A stretch of DNA of 38,786 bases, taken from Alphaproteobacteria bacterium. Lineage in GTDB: Bacteria > Pseudomonadota > Alphaproteobacteria > SMXP01. Shown piece by piece: positions 35,524 to 38,786 of the stretch (position 1 is its first letter; every line of letters starts with the position of its first letter). The notes under the pieces were generated by a model, which saw only the letters and a list, made by a program, of their open reading frames with translations, was not told where the DNA came from and ran no database searches. The position numbers were made by a program, and so were the translations under genes. The stretch covers positions 1 through 38,786 of the forward strand of contig JANQLI010000148.1 of assembly GCA_028280675.1 (NCBI GenBank). The letters run 5' to 3'.

Positions 35524-36759
35524 ATGAATTCTCCAATGCAGAGGCGCGCTGTTCATGGGTTTGGAGAATGCGATGTGTTTGAGAAGAGACGAAAGTATAT
35601 CCTACTGCTCGTAAGTGCATTGCCTGCTATTGCCGGTGCTCTTGTCTCTCCGCTCCTCCCTAGCCTAACACGCGTCTTTGCCGCAGAACCTAATGTCGAG
35701 TTGCTAGCGCGATTTGTTTTTACGCTTCCTGGGCTGTTCATTGCTCTCTTTGCCCCGCTCAGTGGCATTGTGATTGATCGCTATGGTCGCAAATTACTCC
35801 TAATCGCATCCGTCATCCTATTTGCCATTTCTGGTGGATCGGGACTTATCGCTCAGTCTTTGCCACAATTACTTTTTGGCCGCGCTTGCCTTGGCATCGC
35901 TGTGGCTGCGATCATGACTGTCACAACAACACTCGTTGGAGACTACTATCGTGAGCCTGAAAGAGGTCATGTTGCTGGAACACAGGCCGCTTTTTTGGCA
36001 TTAGGTGGTTTCTTAGGATTGCTGATCAGTGGCCTTCTTGCAGAGCTATCGTGGCGTGTTCCCTTTTTCATTTACTTTCTGGTGTTGCTTCTTGTTCCAT
36101 TTGTTGTGAAGTATATCAGCGAGCCAGTATCTGGCAATCTGGGCACGCATGACAAGGCGTTTGTTGAAGACAGGGAAACGCCTACTTCGCTGTCTCTTAT
36201 TTTGCTTGTTAATGGTCTCGCCATCGTCGGGATGATGATTTTCTTTACTGTCCCAATACAAGTGCCATTCTTACTGGAGGAGATTGGAGAATCTGCTCCG
36301 AGTCTTGCGGGTTTAACAGTGAGTGTATGCATTCTTGTAACAGGTATTTCCTCGATGAGCTTTCGTTACTTTAAGACTGTGATCTCGCTGCCACTGGTTC
36401 TATCCTTGTCCATGGCTATTATGGCTGTAGGCTATCTACTCGTGGGTATCTCATCGGGGTATTGGATGTTGTTGGTGGCGATGCCTATATGTGGTCTGGG
36501 GATGGGTCTCATAACGCCAGCGATTACTTTGTGGCTTTTAGAATTATCCCCCATGCATATCCGTGGCCGTGTCATGAGTGCTCTTGCTTCAGGGATCTTT
36601 TTTGCGCAGTTCGTGACACCTCTTATATCGCAGCCTATCATTTCTTCATTAGGGTTAAGCGGAATTTTCATATTGTCGTCACTAGTACTTATGACCCTGG
36701 CTGCCACACTCTGTTTTGGGTCTTATCTCTATCAGCGTCGTTCTCTGCGCGCGCGATAA
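35524..36759 (+). CDS. MFS transporter (drug:H+ antiporter-like)
   Basis: GIVIDRYGRK motif A, GRACLGIA, multiple TM segments. Exact start uncertain. Confidence 0.85.
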   Translation: MNSPMQRRAVHGFGECDVFEKRRKYILLLVSALPAIAGALVSPLLPSLTRVFAAEPNVELLARFVFTLPGLFIALFAPLSGIVIDRYGRKLLLIASVILFAISGGSGLIAQSLPQLLFGRACLGIAVAAIMTVTTTLVGDYYREPERGHVAGTQAAFLALGGFLGLLISGLLAELSWRVPFFIYFLVLLLVPFVVKYISEPVSGNLGTHDKAFVEDRETPTSLSLILLVNGLAIVGMMIFFTVPIQVPFLLEEIGESAPSLAGLTVSVCILVTGISSMSFRYFKTVISLPLVLSLSMAIMAVGYLLVGISSGYWMLLVAMPICGLGMGLITPAITLWLLELSPMHIRGRVMSALASGIFFAQFVTPLISQPIISSLGLSGIFILSSLVLMTLAATLCFGSYLYQRRSLRAR

Positions 36760-36813
36760 AGGTCGCAACCGTAGTTCGCGTGAATATGCAATTTTGCTTG
36801 AGTGATATACGCG

Positions 36814-37470
36814 CTACTTAAGGGTTCCAGTTCGTAATGGCTTGCCACGAACATGTGCTTCCATGGCCTGCTCTGCAGCATCAACATCTCGATTCTCGAT
36901 GGCCGCGACGACCTCATTGCGCTCTTTGTTTGCTTGTGCAAGATTGATGTAAACATTGGATGTGCGACCATTGAAGAGTAGGAACTCTGACATCCGCCAC
37001 TGACTGGAAACACGTCGCGCTTCCATCGGACTTCGCGCCATGCTCCTTATGGTGCTATGAAAAGAAGCAACAAGGTCCAAGAATTCGTCTGATACTTGCT
37101 CATTCTTCTTTTTCGGTGTTGCTTTTTTAATGCGTTTCGATATGTCGCGGAGAGCGTCACATTCACCATCTTCATGCCGTTCAGCCGCCAATCCAGCCAT
37201 GAATCCTTCTGCTTTGCCGAAGAGATGAAAAAAGTCTTCGATTTCCTGTGTTGTTGGAGAAACCACACGACATCCAACTTGAGGAGTGATGACAAGAAAG
37301 CCTGCACTACGCAAATGATTGAGCGCTGTCATAACGGGTGCACGACTTGCATTGAATTCTTCGACTAATTCGACAGTCGAAATGCTCTCGCCGAATAAAT
37401 AGTTTCCACGTGCGAGGCGGTATTCCAGCTCCTCACAGATGTAGCCTGCTTTACCACCGAGGGCCGTCAT
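36814..37470 (-). CDS. GntR/FadR-family regulator, paralog 2
   Basis: wHTH GESISTVELVEEFNASRAPVMTAL; FCD-like end (AIENRDVDAAEQAMEAHV). ATG at 37470 follows AGGTGAG; longer starts up to 37551 are possible. Confidence 0.85.
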   Translation of the reverse strand: MTALGGKAGYICEELEYRLARGNYLFGESISTVELVEEFNASRAPVMTALNHLRSAGFLVITPQVGCRVVSPTTQEIEDFFHLFGKAEGFMAGLAAERHEDGECDALRDISKRIKKATPKKKNEQVSDEFLDLVASFHSTIRSMARSPMEARRVSSQWRMSEFLLFNGRTSNVYINLAQANKERNEVVAAIENRDVDAAEQAMEAHVRGKPLRTGTLK

Positions 37471-37635
37471 ATTCTCACCTAAATTCATACCATTTCCAAT
37501 AGCATGAAGCTGACTTTGTTGTCTTTTGTCTCTCATTGGAGTCGCTGCCACCTAACTAACCATTTGATTTTATTGGAAAAATATGCCATTTTGAAACATC
37601 TTCAAGCTTTATGATCGATTCGCTTATAGCAATGC

Positions 37636-37667
37636 AAGCATCTTAGCATGTAAATAATAGTATGCAT
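37636..37667. promoter_or_regulatory. Two weak overlapping operator-like copies (AAGCATCTTAGCATGTAA, GTAAATAATAGTATGCAT)
   Basis: Degenerate matches in the divergent gap between GntR paralog 2 and purU. Confidence 0.35.
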
Positions 37668-37777
37668 GTGTTTTGTCTGACCGCTTTCTGAGCTGCTTTC
37701 GGCTTCATTAGCGCATTGTGATCTGTCAGAGCACGTCGCATAGATGAGACGAGTAAACCAAATAGGGATGATTAAAT

Positions 37778-38641
37778 ATGAGTACCCAGGATAAGTATGT
37801 CTTAACACTGACCGCGCCAGACGTGTCGGGAATTGTGGCCAATGTCGCTGGAGCGCTTGCTGACTGGGGCGCTTTTATAACGGAGGCCAATCATCATAAT
37901 GAGCCGCGCTCTGAGACTGCTTTTTTACGTTTTGCGTTTCATGCGTCAGAGGTATCAATGGCCACCTGCGAAGAAATGAGACAAGCTTTCATACCTATTG
38001 CAAAGAGGTATAACGCGGAATTTGCTTTTCACAATATGACACATCCTATGCCGATCATTATTGCTGTCTCAAAATTTGGACATTGCCTGTATGATTTATT
38101 GCATCGTTGGAAGGCAGGAATTTTGCCCGTTGATGTGAAAGCCGTTATCTCAAACCATGAGGATATGCGCGGTTTCGCCGAATGGCATGACCTTCCATTT
38201 CATTATCTTCCGATTACGAAAGAAACAAAACCCCAACAGGAAGATCAAATAAAAGATCTCATTAAAAGCTACGGTTCTGAACTTCTCGTGCTTGCTCGCT
38301 ATATGCAAATACTCTCGGAAGATATGTGTGAGCATGTATCAGGGAGGGCGATAAACATTCATCATTCGTTCTTGCCAAGCTTCAAAGGGGCTAAGCCTTA
38401 CAGTCAGGCCTATGATCGCGGCGTGAAAATGATTGGAGCAACTGCTCATTATGTGACCTCCGATTTAGATGAAGGGCCAATCATCGAACAAGCAGTTGAA
38501 CGCATCGATCACTCGGTCTCTCCGGAAGAACTTGTCAATATTGGCCGGGATAGCGAGTCGGTCGCGTTGTCTCGTGCGGTGCGGTGGCATGCAGAACGGC
38601 GCGTCTTGATAAGTGGTCATCGGACAGTTGTGTTCCGTTAA
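37778..38641 (+). CDS. purU: Formyltetrahydrofolate deformylase
   Basis: N-terminal ACT domain, VSKFGHCL, VISNH, LARYMQILS, INIHHSFLPSFKGAKPY, GATAHYVTSDLDEGPIIEQ. Confidence 0.95.
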   Translation: MSTQDKYVLTLTAPDVSGIVANVAGALADWGAFITEANHHNEPRSETAFLRFAFHASEVSMATCEEMRQAFIPIAKRYNAEFAFHNMTHPMPIIIAVSKFGHCLYDLLHRWKAGILPVDVKAVISNHEDMRGFAEWHDLPFHYLPITKETKPQQEDQIKDLIKSYGSELLVLARYMQILSEDMCEHVSGRAINIHHSFLPSFKGAKPYSQAYDRGVKMIGATAHYVTSDLDEGPIIEQAVERIDHSVSPEELVNIGRDSESVALSRAVRWHAERRVLISGHRTVVFR

Positions 38642-38723
38642 CTGACGAACAACCTGTACTTCTATGTGTTCTACTAGGTGCTAGAGAACGTCCGTGAATA
38701 ATTTGATGATCAGGGTAATTGAT

Positions 38724-38781
38724 TTCCCTGTTCTCTTAGGTAACAGGGAATTTAAATTCCCTGTTTTTTCTTTAGGGAATT
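38724..38781. repeat. Alternating inverted TTCCCT(GTT) repeats including a perfect 24-bp palindrome
   Basis: TTCCCTGTT(38724-38732), AACAGGGAATTTAAATTCCCTGTT(38742-38765), AGGGAATT(38774-38781). Confidence 0.8.
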
Positions 38782-38786
38782 CGCAC

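Noticed and set aside
117-38335. The many 60-140 aa ORFs overlapping or antisense to the called genes
   Set aside because: They lie within well-supported genes and show no recognisable motifs, so they are treated as shadow ORFs.
38724-38786. CRISPR array or IS end
   Set aside because: The units are short, inverted and without spacers, and no cas or transposase gene is visible.

Overview
The window is a gene-dense cluster for aerobic degradation of aromatic compounds, including polycyclic aromatic hydrocarbons (PAHs). The TonB-dependent receptor indicates a Gram-negative host; a proteobacterium is my inference from the meta-pathway proteins. In order it holds: the 3' end of a benzoate/toluate dioxygenase (benA/benB-like), a Zn-dehydrogenase and an AraC regulator; a gentisate pathway (nagI, nagK, nagL-like); a Tat-exported sulfatase divergent from a TonB-dependent receptor; nahD, a small secreted protein, a GST and an aromatic-acid MFS importer; an ALDH, ferredoxin, PAH dioxygenase alpha/beta and GMC oxidoreductase operon; nahE; a long same-strand run in which a four-gene flavin module (acyl-CoA-dehydrogenase-fold monooxygenase, luciferase-like monooxygenase, alpha/beta hydrolase, reductase-MarR fusion) and a second nahD precede xylT-E-G-J-Q-K-I; two paralogous GntR regulators; a degenerate RibB-like protein; a LigAB/PhnC-type extradiol dioxygenase; an MFS transporter; and purU. 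The strongest non-coding signal is an 18-bp palindrome (ideal form TAGCATACTAGTATGCTA) found 9 times clearly and twice weakly, upstream of nearly every transcription unit and usually overlapping sigma70-like promoters. It suggests one regulon, plausibly controlled by the twin GntRs. Several standard steps have no gene here: dihydrodiol dehydrogenase, dioxygenase reductase, salicylate hydroxylase, XylH and a canonical XylF. Uncharacterised enzymes in the same regulon may fill some of these gaps. I recognised no transposase, integrase, tRNA, rRNA or CRISPR array. All family calls come from motif recognition and recall, not database searches.
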